Of a stretch of DNA of 32,000 nucleotides, positions 21,269 to 32,000 are shown in pieces. The DNA is from Zygophlyctis sp. KS116 (Eukaryota > Fungi > Chytridiomycota): NCBI GenBank assembly GCA_054661495.1, contig BAAFSQ010000010.1, positions 1 through 32,000 on the forward strand, read 5' to 3'. The position numbers and the translations under genes are program-made. The notes under the pieces were generated by a model. It searched no databases. It had not been told where the DNA came from and saw only the letters and a list, made by a program, of their open reading frames with translations. How positions within the stretch are numbered: the first letter of the stretch is position 1; each line of letters starts with the position of its first letter.

Positions 21269-23295
21269 ATGCAAACTACAATTGTAATAAATAAATTTAA
21301 TGAGATAGTCCACTACTCCAAGTGCTAAACAGTCATTGTCCCTTGTAAAGAATCTCTTGGGAACTACTATTGGTGCTATTGTGTATCTGGTGAGTATTCT
21401 ATTTTAGCATTTTTAAAATGAGACTAATTACTAGAGAAATCTCTTTCCAGAAGAAAACTTTAAAGATACGAATATAAATGGATTGGCTCTTAAATCTCTA
21501 AAGAGACATTATACAAAGGAGGCGGATGAACTCATTGATTGGATTGTAATTTATTATTATTAAAAAGAAAAATAGGAAAAAGGAGTTTTTGATGCTCTAG
21601 AAAAGAGATACTTGAAAACTCTCATATTTGGGATCTTTCTTGATCCAAATTGTCCGGAAAACTTACAAGAAGGTAGTAGGAGTAGGTTTAATGCTAGGTT
21701 ATACGTTTGGGTTTTCTTATCTTCTCAAGATCAGTTCTGCATAACTCTGAATCATGGACAAAAGGAATTATTGTCTCTTAAAACTAAACAGGAAATAATT
21801 AGGGCAACAACGGACATATTAAGAAGATTGTTGGTATTAACGCAAACTCTATTGGTAATTTTATTAAAATTAAATTATAGCCATTGCCGAAAAATGCATA
21901 TGTGACAATGAAGTTGTTTTATTATGAAGATGAAACTCCTAAAGACTATAATCCTCCTTTTTTTCAACAAGGGTTGGAAGATAAACCGTTTTACTTTAAT
22001 GCAAATCCAGAAAAGATTGTAATCGGACAAGTTGAAACTCCTCATCATATGCTTAATATTTCTTTACAGGCTTCAGATGGTTACTTGAAAGATGATAATA
22101 TTCAAAATGAAAAGTTTATTCATCCTGTTGAAACTCAACAAGTTGATTTTAATAATGATCAAATGTTTGATTCTCAGCTCAATATTCCAACTCCAGTTTC
22201 TTTTTCTAAAAAGAAATCTGGAGGTTTGGGATTGGTAAATGATACTCAAAGAGATTATTTTGAGGCAGGTAAGTTTTTAAAAAATAATTTCAAGAATCTT
22301 GTACTCAAGATTTAATAGTTCAATTACAGACTGGTGTAAGAGACCAAGAAAATATACAAGCTGAGAAAATGGATTATTTCAAGGACAAGGATGAAATTCC
22401 TCCATCGCAACAGGATTCTGTTATTTCAATGTTGCAACAGGAGGGGTTGCATGCTACAAGAACAGTAATTACTAAATTAACCATTAGAGAGTTTCTGAAA
22501 TTATTTGTCCAGGATTACGTGAAGATCAAAAGAAGAAGTATACTTGTGATCCTTTATTTGTTAATCAACCTCAAGTTATTACAAGACCTGTAGAGTGTCC
22601 TTGTATGGTGACAAAGGTACGTATTTTTGGGTTTATTCAAGGATCTTGTCAGTGATTTTTCAGGAATTAAGCTTGTACAGTGTGCTGATTGCAAAAAATG
22701 GGGTCATTCTGTCTGTTTTGGATACGAAAAGTTTCAAAATGGTGATTACCATTCTTGTTTCGATTGTAGTCCGCTCCATAATACAGCAGATACAGCAAGT
22801 ATTAATCAAGTAGCTCTTCTCAGACTTGGGATAGCAACTGTGATGGAAAAAGGAATTCAAAGTCGCAATTGGCTCTCTAATATTCTCTGTATGAAATTAA
22901 ATTCACTGATTGTAGGTCTTTCACTGACTGTAACTAATCAACTTATTAGTCAGCTTCAACAAGAAGGCTTTATTGTGCAAAAGGAACCGCTTTCTTCTTG
23001 TCGACGAAACAAGTTTGCTTTTCATGCAGTGGTCAATAAAACAACTGCTATAAAAAGGGCTGATGTTTTCTCAAACAATTATTTTGACGAATTATTTTTA
23101 AAGTCAACTTCTGCTTCTAATTCAGTGAAATCGGTGGAAAATAATAAAAGACCGTTAGATGCTATGGAGGATGACTCTGATGAATTTGTATTCATTCAAA
23201 AGGTTGGTCAGATTCCCACTGATGTGGCGGTTTCGATTAATCAGCCAAAAAAGCGGAAAGTCAGTATCGTAAAAAAGGCTCTAGTTGTTCTCTAA
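21269..23295 (+). CDS. HOP1: Meiotic HORMA-domain protein Hop1/HORMAD (HORMA + PHD + winged helix + closure motif)
   Basis: QSLSLVKNLL...IVYL|RNLFPEENF, WI|EKGVFDALEKRYL, TMKLFYYEDETPKDYNPPFF; PHD CPC...VQCADCKKWGHSVCFGY...CFDC; C-terminal PKKRKVS. Nine predicted introns (23-45 nt); possible 1-nt indel near 21721. Confidence 0.92.
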
Positions 23296-23374
23296 TTGCT
23301 GAATGATCAAATGATTGTTTTTTAGTTACAAGTAATGAAACGGTGTAAAATTAGTTGTGAAAATCTGAGAATCT

Positions 23375-25100
23375 TTAAATTGTAACTTCATGTCCATTAT
23401 TATTCTGGTCACCTACAGCCAGATAACTCTTGAGATTTCGCATCATTTGCAAATAATTTTGTCCGTTACTTTCAACTTGATCAATTAGTGAAGAGAACTC
23501 ATGAATCTGAGCAAGATCTCTCCTAAATTTATCAACTTCAACCGTGAGTTTAGTATTTTCAGCTGACAAAGACTTGATCTTATGGGCACGAACATCCGAA
23601 TTGTTTCGCAATTCAGCTACATCATCAATTAGTAAACTCTTATTAATTTTCTGCAAAAGTACCTTTTATCTTGTCCCAGCTGAATAATCTCCAGCTCTTG
23701 ATTACGAATTCTGGTTTCAGATGCTGTCAACTTTTCAGAAAGTAAGATTTTGGCTTCTGATACTAGAAAATTAGTAATCTAAAAGTTACATTTATTGTTA
23801 TTAGATTCTATACTTTTTAGCTGTTTTTTAAGGAGAATACTAAAGTACCTTTTGGATCAATTCGGTGATTTCATTTTCCTTCATTTCCATGTTAACTTGC
23901 AGCATATACAAATCGTCCTTGTATCTAGCCAGATCATTGCGCATCTTTTCATCCTCTTTAATTTTCTCCTGATTCTTTGCCTTTTTTTCTTCTCGAAGTT
24001 CTTGTTCATTTGCTGTACTTTCTTTCAATTCCTCCAACTGATTTCTCAATTCCACGTTTGCCCGAATCAGATCTTTGCAATCTTGTTCGATTCTTGATTT
24101 TAGATGATTTTCTTGACAGGAAATAGTCTCCATTTGCTTTATTACAGTCAGCAAGTCCAATTTTTCCGCTTCTAAAGTTTTAATTCTGGTTGAAAACTCC
24201 TCAATTTTGAAATTTGTGATTGTCTCTTTTGCCTTTTCCAAGTCTGTCTAAATTTCAAAGGTAAATTTAAAATACCTCTAGAATCCCATTTGCTTGAACC
24301 AACTGCTCTATTCTAGCTTTAAGCGTTTTATTTATTAGCAGCTGTTCAGCAACCTAAAATTTTAAAATATGGCCTGTACCGATTCTTTATATTTCCTTGA
24401 TTCATCAACATTTGCAGCTTCTTGAACTTCTAATACCTCTTTTTCATTCAATAACCGTTCATAAGAAACTTTAGCTCTTGCACAATCTGATTCAGCAGAC
24501 TCAAATTTCTTCCGAGCCGCAATCAAATCCCCATAAATCTTATCTTTTTCTGCAATATGACGATCTCTTTATAAATTCCTTTTCAAGTACCTTTAAGTGC
24601 CTTTATATCTCCCATTAATTCATCCTTTTCCCTTTCCAAATCTTTAATTCTTAGGTCCATTTCCTTTCTTTTAGATTTTTCCTTTTCAGAAATCTCATTT
24701 AACCTCTTTGATTAAAATAATAAAAATACTAAATCGACCGGAGCCTGATTTAAATTATTTAGAGATGCCATTGAAAGTTTTGCTAAATTATGTTTAGAAG
24801 CAGCGATCGCCATTTGATTCCCTGATGAAACAGCAGCAGCCAACTGAGCCTGCGCCTGAGCCAATGCCGAATTATTCTGATTTCCTTTATAAATTATTGG
24901 ATCGATACCTACCATTTGGTGTTTTCCTATGATTAGATCTAGTAAAATTACATATATCTTGATTCCAACTCTAATAAATAGATTTGTTGCTGTAAATTCT
25001 TGATGTATTCATCCTGAACTCTAGATTTCCTATTCATTGGAGCAGGATAACCATTGCCCAACTGACTTCTTAGCCTTGGATTTAAGTGATTAGATGACAT
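23375..25100 (-). CDS. Long coiled-coil protein of unknown function
   Basis: ATG at 25100 (MSSNHLNPRL...QDEYIKNLQQQIYLLELESRY). Nine introns of 24-28 nt, including two GAG acceptors (24565-24590, 23637-23662) and a 14-nt micro-exon (24913-24926), give one continuous E/K/L-rich frame. Confidence 0.75.
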
Positions 25101-25247
25101 TTACGGAAGTTTTAGTAAAACAACCCGATCGTTAATAACCGATTTGCATTGATTGTATAATTGTAATTTATGATTTTGTTGGATCGCTGGATATTTGGAT
25201 CAGGATGCATGATAGCGCATGTATTTATTAATTACTAGTTGAATCAT

Positions 25248-25280
25248 CGGACACTGGTCAACGGACACTGGCCAACGGAC
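25248..25280. repeat. 14-bp direct repeat (CGGACACTGGYCAA x2.4) upstream of the Ca2+-ATPase
   Basis: CGGACACTGGTCAA CGGACACTGGCCAA CGGAC read directly. Confidence 0.85.
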
Positions 25281-25310
25281 GCAGTTGCGCGTGTAAAATC
25301 TCAGCCACAA

Positions 25311-28300
25311 ATGGAAATTCAGATTCTGACAGTCGAAGCTGCATTTGATATTACTCCAGACGAAATTTATGATTTGCTCTCTCCTCCCAATCCAACCCAT
25401 TATTTTGAGAAACTGGGGGGATCCGAGGGGATGGCAAAGCTGTTAAAGTCTGATTTGCAAAAGGGGCTGTCAATATTTAACAAGGAAGTTGCTGCAACTA
25501 CTGAAGAAATGACTGAAAAGTCAACACAAGATGCAAATACTTTTGGAGTAAAGAGAAGAAACTCTATTCTCGCTGAAGAGTCAAAACATGTTTCAACTAG
25601 AGAGAAGATGGTTCCTGATAACACTCATGCTAGAATTGAGCATTTTGGAAATAATATCATGCCTGAACCAATTAGTAGAAGTGTTTGGTCTTTTATTAAA
25701 GACGCTTTAAGTGATAAAATTCTGATAATGCTAATTGTTGCTGCAGTTGCAGAAATTGCTATAGGTGGATATAAAGCAAGTAGTGGTTCTTTCATAGAGT
25801 TGATAGATGGTATTGCGATTGCTTTGGCAGGTAAATTTAGGATTTTAATGATAGTTTTGATTGTTGTGGTGGTTACTGCGTCTTCTGATTATGGTAAACA
25901 GAGTCAATTCAAGAAATTAAGTGATATGTCAAAATCATTAGTAAAGACTCGAGTTGTTAGAGGCGGTCAAGTTCATAAGGTTTTAACTTCAGAGTTGTTG
26001 GTGGGTGATATATGTATTATTGATACTGGAGATGTTCTTCCTGCTGATGGAATGCTTATTAAAGGTTATAATCTTTATACAGATGAGTCTTCATTAACTG
26101 GAGAACCTATACAAATCTTGAAAGAGGTTAATAAGGATCCATTTTTGCTCTCTGGCTCAAAAGTTGTTCAAGGGATTGGGAGGATGTTGGTTGTGGCTAC
26201 TGGTGTTAATTCTTTAAATGGAAGGTCCATATTAGCATTAGAAGTTGAGCCGGAAAAGACTCCTTTACAAGAAAAATTAGGGAGAGTAGCAGATCATGTT
26301 GCGTATTTTGGTATTGGAGCTGCATTGACAATGTTCATTATCTTGGTAGCTGCGTATTTGGCTAGAGCAGATTACTCTGATGGCGCCAGAATAGCGAGTA
26401 CTATGATTTCTATTCTAATTTCTACAATTACGCTTATAGTTGTGGCAGTTCCTGAAGGGCTTCCGCTTGCTGTTGTTTTGGCTTTATCGCATGCTACAGT
26501 CAAAATGCTCAAAGATAATAACTTGGTTCGACATTTAAAGGCTTGTGAAACTATGGGGAATGCTACTACTATATGCTCTGACAAAACTGGCACTCTGACA
26601 ATGAATCAAATGAGCGTCATAAAGGGGATTATTTCAAATAGTGAGTTTGATGTAAAAAATATTTCCAATTTCAAAATTGGATTGACTTCAAACAATGAAG
26701 ACTATATAAAATTATTCAATCTTATATGTCAAAGTTTAAACATAAATTCTACTGCAGCAGAAGAGCTGACAGAGACAAATCAGATTGTTTTCTCAGGTTC
26801 AAAAACAGAAATTGCTCTCTTAAATCTTACAAAATCTCTCGGTCGACCTTATACGGATGATAGAGAACTGGCCGATGTCTTGGAAGTTTACCCCTTTAGT
26901 TCAGATGCAAAGACAATGTGCACTGTTATAAAATCTGAAAAAGATATTTCTATGGAACAATTTATGAATATTCAGACAAATATCAATACAGGTGGTGATC
27001 ATCGTGTGTGGCTTTTTGTGAAGGGTGCTGCAGAGATTGTTCTTTCATCCTGTGATCGGTTTATAGATTCTGATGGCCAAGTACATTGCATATTACTAAT
27101 TTTAGGTCAAACCTATTGATGATGGATTTAAGAAAAAGCTTGTTGATTTAATGGCAGTTTATAATGGTGAAGCATTAAGGACTATATGCTCCGCAATGAA
27201 GCCTGTGAATCGCAATACCTCTGAGAAAATCGGAGAGAATGATGGAGGCCCGCAAAAATGTACTGAAATAGACTCATTAATTTTATTGGGAATGTTTGGA
27301 ATAGCTGATCCAGTGCGCCCCGAAGTACCAGATGCTGTCAAACAATGCCAAAATGCAGGAATTACCGTAAGAATGGTTACTGGGGATTCAGTTGCAACTG
27401 CAAAAGCTATTTCAAAGGAATGTAACATACTGACGGATGATGGTATATTAATGGAAGGGCACGTATTTCGTAAACTTTCAACTAAAGAAATGGATGATAT
27501 CCTACCCAAACTACAAGTACTGGCTCGAAGCTCCCCGTTAGATAAGCAGATTTTAGTTGGTCGTCTCAAAGCGCTGGGAGAAACAGTGGCTGTAACTGGC
27601 GGTATTTTTTTTGTTAATAATCAAAATAGACGGTACGAATGATGGACCTGCTTTGAAAGCTGCGGATGTTGGATTTAGTATGGGTATCGCTGGAACAGAA
27701 GTTGCTAAAGAAGCGTCTGATATTGTTTTGCTAGATGATAATTTTGCTTCTCTGGTGAAGGCTGTTATATGGGGTAGGTCTGTTTATGATTCTGTTCGCA
27801 AGTTTTTACAGTTCCAGCTATCAGTCAATATTGTATTTTTGTTAATTTTTAATTCTTAGAGTGCTGTAGTGATTGTATTCGTCTCATCAATGATAACAAC
27901 ATTCACTGGAGATGGTATACCGTATTCAGCGATTACTGCTATTCAATTATTATGGGTTAATTTGATCATGGACACCATGGCAGCTTTGGCGTTGGCGACA
28001 GACCCTCCTTCTCCAGAGCTACTTAAACGATTACCTGCCAAAAGAAGCGAGCCGATCATATCTCTTTTCATGGCTGAAATGATTGTTGCTCAGGCGATTT
28101 TTCAGATATTTGTCTGTATGCTAGTCTATCTTAGGGGTGCAACCTGGTTTACTACGCATTTATCTTTTGCGACTGAGAAAGATAGAGTTCGGTATATTTC
28201 TGCTTTGCTGTTCAACACTTTTGTGTTCTGCCAGATATATAACGAAGTTAATTGTAGATCGATCTCAAACGGTAATTAGTTGATGATTTAAATTTAAAAG

Positions 28301-28893
28301 ATTTCAATATTTTTAGAGGAATCACGAAAAATCTTTACTTTATATCCGTATTTTTCATAACTGTAGCACTTCAGATCATTATTATGTTTTTCGGAGGAAT
28401 AGTATTCAGTATTCCTGCTGGTGGTCTAGATGGGATAGGTTGGGCTGTGTCAGTGCTACTGGGACTTGGAACTTTTGTGGTAGGAGCTCTTATCAGAATG
28501 CTACCAACTAAAGAATGGAGAGATATTTCCTCTTATTTCAAAGATTCTGAAAACTCTATCGTTGAAGATTCTGATAACAGAGCTTCACTTGAAACTCCTG
28601 GAGAAATCCCAATCAAAAAAACTCAGAGCAGCCGTGCCCAGAATAATTGGAAACGAGCAATAGGAATAACTCAAATGCAAATGAAAGTTATCAACGCTTT
28701 TCAAATTCCTGCCTCTAATAGAAATTCTGTATCATCACTAAATTCAGGTGTTGTTTACCGTAGAGCTTCTGGAAATATTCCTAGAGAATCATCATTTGTC
28801 AGCACAATCCGAGGTGGGAGGTCTAATGCAGCTGATTATATTTCACTACAAGTGGTAGACGCAAATGAAGCCCGTGATAGATCTAGGGGTTAA
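25311..28893 (+). CDS. PMC1: P-type IIB Ca2+-transporting ATPase (PMCA/Pmc1-like)
   Basis: [49 protein letters not shown]|[10 protein letters not shown] and [10 protein letters not shown]. Introns 25831-25854, 27081-27105, 27602-27629, 27833-27859 and 28272-28300. The first ATG is at 25311. Confidence 0.95.
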
Positions 28894-28934
28894 ATCTACG
28901 TTTAGGGTATTTCTGGTTATTAAAAGAATACGAA

Positions 28935-31900
28935 ATGTTTATCCCTGAGGATTCCTACGATGAGCAAACACTTTCTGAGATTTCCCAGATCCCACTGCAT
29001 CCAGCAATGAGACTTCCATTGTCCCGCTCCAGGGTGAATCACCAGAATCCCAATGTCCGAACTCATATGCAAGTTCCAGTGAGCATACTGCGTAATTTAC
29101 ATTTTCTGATCGCATAGCGAGACATTTCCAAGAAATTTTCCAGTTTGATACTTTTAATAGAATGCAGTCAGAGTCCTTTGATGCGGTAAGAATTAAAACA
29201 GGGGATTTCTACCCGTTTCCTGTAAACTGATTACATAGGCATTCAATTCATCTCAAAATTTAGTGGTGTCTGGTAAATGATCATTTTCTTATAATTAAGC
29301 GCCAACTGGTTCTGGTAAAACGGTTATTATGGAACTAGGTACATTGTGTTCTTGATCAGCGATCAAGATAAAGATCAATTTAACTGAAAGCAATTTTACG
29401 GGTATTAAATATGATTCAACAGAAAGAGTTGGCAAATGTTAAAATTGTGTATATTTCTCCAACAAAGGTATTAGAAAATCAACCGAAATTAGGCATTGTG
29501 TACAGAGAAAACTAGGGATTGGAATGCTTCTTTCAAACGATTAGGACTTACCTGCGCCGAGTTGACTGGCGATTCTGATTACATGCAGCAGCAAGAGATC
29601 AGAAAGTCCAACATTATTGTTACCACTCCAGAAAAATGGGATTCTACCACTCGAAAATGGTCCGATTCAAAGGAGCTATTCAAAATGCTGCGCCTATTTC
29701 TGGTATAAATTAATCCAGTGATAACTTAGATTGATGAAGTTCATTTTCTAAAGGATGAATCAAGAGGTGCGATCCTGGAAGTTGTTGTTAGCAGAATGAA
29801 AACATTCAATCAGGCACTTACTAGTGGCACTGAATTGCGATTTATTGCAATGTCAGCAACTGTTCCAAACATTCACGATATTGCAACATGGCTTTGTCAT
29901 AAGAATGGATCACCAGCTATTTTGAGGTAAGTTAGAACTAGTAAACAGAAGGGTTTTTGGCGAAGAATATCGACCAGTCCCACTGTATAGACATGTCATT
30001 TCATTTCCAAGTAATGGGAATTATTACATGTTTGACCAATTTCTGAATAGTCAGCTCTTGGATGTAATTGAAGAATATTCGTCTCAAAAGCCTACATTGG
30101 TGTTTTGCGCTACAAGAAAAAGTGTAGTCACATCAGCAGAGTCAATTATCAATCAGATTCATCAAAAAGTAACTGAGAGGAAATTTGGAAATAGCCATCC
30201 TTTTGTGAAGACCAGAGATCAGTTTGATGCTCTACATGTTCTGAAGGGTAAAGTATCAGACAAAAAATTAGCTGGTATGCGAATAATTTAAATATTAATA
30301 TTCTTAGAATGTGTCTTGGCTGGAGTCTCATTTCATCACGGTACTTTAAGTCCGTCGGACAGGAACTTGGTTGCAAACGCTTATTTGGATGGTCTACTTA
30401 GTGTCATTTGTACGACTTCAACACTTGCCGTCGGCATAAATCTACCTGCTCATTTGGTAATTATCAAGTCCACTCATCAGTGGGTGAATGGACAAACAAA
30501 GGATTACTCTGAATTAGATATGATGCAAATGCTCGGAAGAGCTGGCAGACCACAATTTGATGATTCTGCAGTAGCAGTGATTTTGACAACTCATGATAAA
30601 AAGGAACGCTATGAAAATATGATTTGTGGTAAAGAAATTATTGAGAGCAGGTATTTGTTTTAAACATAAATGAAGTCTTCATGAAAATCTGGTAGAACAC
30701 GTCAATGCTGAAATAGTGCTACAGACTATTTGCTCAGTTAATCAAGCGATCAAGTGGCTTTATTCGACATTTCTATTTGGTAAATCTTCAATATTGTAAT
30801 TGATAGTTCGTATCCAGCAAAATCCTGATTATTATCAAAACAGTTATTCATTAAAGGGAGTGGCCGTTGAAAAACATCTTGAAGAATTATGTCTCCAAAA
30901 GATTACCTTTCTAAACCAAAACTCTCTCTGTGTACTGTCGCCATTGAAGATGATTCAGCCGACTGGTAAGAACTAATGCTTATTAATTTCCCAGGGTATG
31001 GAAAGATAATGGCTAAATATTATGTTAAAGCAACAACCATGATTAATATTCTAAACATGAATCAGAAGAGTTCTCTTCAAGACGTATTGGAAGTTTTAAG
31101 TAAAAGCGACGAATTTCCCGTTAAATTTGGAGGAGATAAAGCCCATCTAAATGCCCTTAACAAGAACTTGGCGATGAGGTAATCTTTTTGATTTTAATTT
31201 GAAAGATATCCCATAAAAGGACGTGTTTCATCGATAGACCAAAAGATTAGTGTTTTGATTCAATGTGCTTTAGGATCAGTGGAGTTTACAGAAGTCAAAA
31301 CAAGTCAAGCTATGGTTAATGAAACAAATTTGATATTTCAGCATTCTCAAAGAGTTAATCGGTGTATTGTAGAAACTTGTCTAGAACGAAAGGATGTAGT
31401 CTCACTTCGAAACGCCCTAGAACTGTAAGTGTGAGTTTTCTAAATTTAAGATCGAAATGTATGCAAAGTAAAACTTGGGAAAATTCAATCCTTCAGCTTA
31501 AGCAACTTGATGGAATTGGGATAGGGAATGCAAGACTTCTTTCTAATGCTGGAATCGATTCTTTCCAAAAGATTCTTCTATCCGATGCTAGAACGATCGA
31601 ATATGCTGTGAATCGAAATCCTCCGTTTGGAAACAAGATCATCGACTCCATTAAACGATTTCCTCTGTTTTCAATGGAGATATCAGAGGTAATTCTTAGT
31701 GCTTAAAATTATTTTAGATTGTAGATATTTCTAAACCATATAAGGTGGAGTATCTCTGTCGCATTGGTCTGAAAAATCCGGAAACAGTTTCTCTTCGTAG
31801 CAAAAAAGGGGGCTTTTATAGTGCTATATTTCTGGTAAATACTTCCAATGAGCTACTGTATTATTCAAGAATATTCTTAAGCAAGTTGAAGGATGGTGAT

Positions 31901-32000
31901 ACTATCAGGCTTAATCACAATTCTAAAAAGAATGAAAAAATTGTTTTCTCATTGATGAGCGAAGACTTTGGTACGTGATATTTTTTCATAATGGCACAGT
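28935..32000 (+). CDS. MER3: Meiotic DExH DNA helicase Mer3/HFM1 (Ski2-like, Sec63 domain; truncated at window end)
   Basis: FNRMQSE, VVS|APTGSGKT, SPTK|ALC, TTPEKWDS.TRKW, IDEVH, MSATVPN, TSTLAVGINLPAHLVIIKST, QMLGRAGRPQFD and IES|SLHENL. Fifteen introns in the window (25-33 nt, plus 52 and 53 nt). Confidence 0.93.

Noticed and set aside
21255-25136. Shared CCGATCGTTAA 11-mer (21255 and about 25126) with downstream TGCA/AATTGTAAT
   Set aside because: One 11-mer match is near chance expectation, and the downstream part at HOP1 is coding sequence plus a splice donor.
14832-27569. Antisense ORFs (e.g. 14832-15167, 15836-16036, 23795-24097, 25400-25624, 26372-26593, 27159-27569)
   Set aside because: These are shadow frames opposite well-supported genes, with no independent motifs.
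1-32000. Alternative genetic code or mass pseudogenisation as the cause of fragmented ORFs
   Set aside because: Almost all stops and frame changes fall inside GT-AG micro-introns whose removal restores conserved motifs under the standard code.
1-32000. Transposons, tRNA or rRNA genes
   Set aside because: No transposase or RT motifs, terminal repeats, cloverleafs or rRNA-like segments were seen, and intergenic space is minimal.

Overview
This is AT-rich, extremely gene-dense eukaryotic nuclear DNA. The gene content (PMCA, FAM13-like RhoGAP, RUS1, CNG-type channel, PL14 lyase, tandem pepsin-like proteases, HOP1 with PHD finger) fits an early-diverging zoosporic fungus (chytrid-like); that assignment is inference. 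The ORF track is fragmented because about 21 genes are interrupted by roughly 80 GT-AG introns that I reconstructed by hand. Nearly all are 23-30 nt, and about a quarter end in AAG or GAG instead of YAG. The ORF track missed or only partly captured PHF5A/RDS3, the RRM half of an SR-like protein, the channel N-terminus and several exons. Main observations: (1) The only long introns (45, 52, 53, 76, 79 nt) each contain an internal hairpin; in four of them removing it restores about 25-33 nt. They occur only near the 5' ends of the meiotic genes HOP1 and MER3 and in the 5' UTRs of an unrecognised tandem paralog pair. This suggests length-measuring splicing with structure-gated introns. (2) An RRM/RS protein carries five RNA polymerase II CTD-like heptads. 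(3) AHA1 and HOP1 have apparent frameshifts. (4) A GT32 glycosyltransferase lacks its DxD motif. (5) Intergenic spacers are as short as 7-41 bp. All introns and structures were read by eye and need RNA-seq and folding confirmation.
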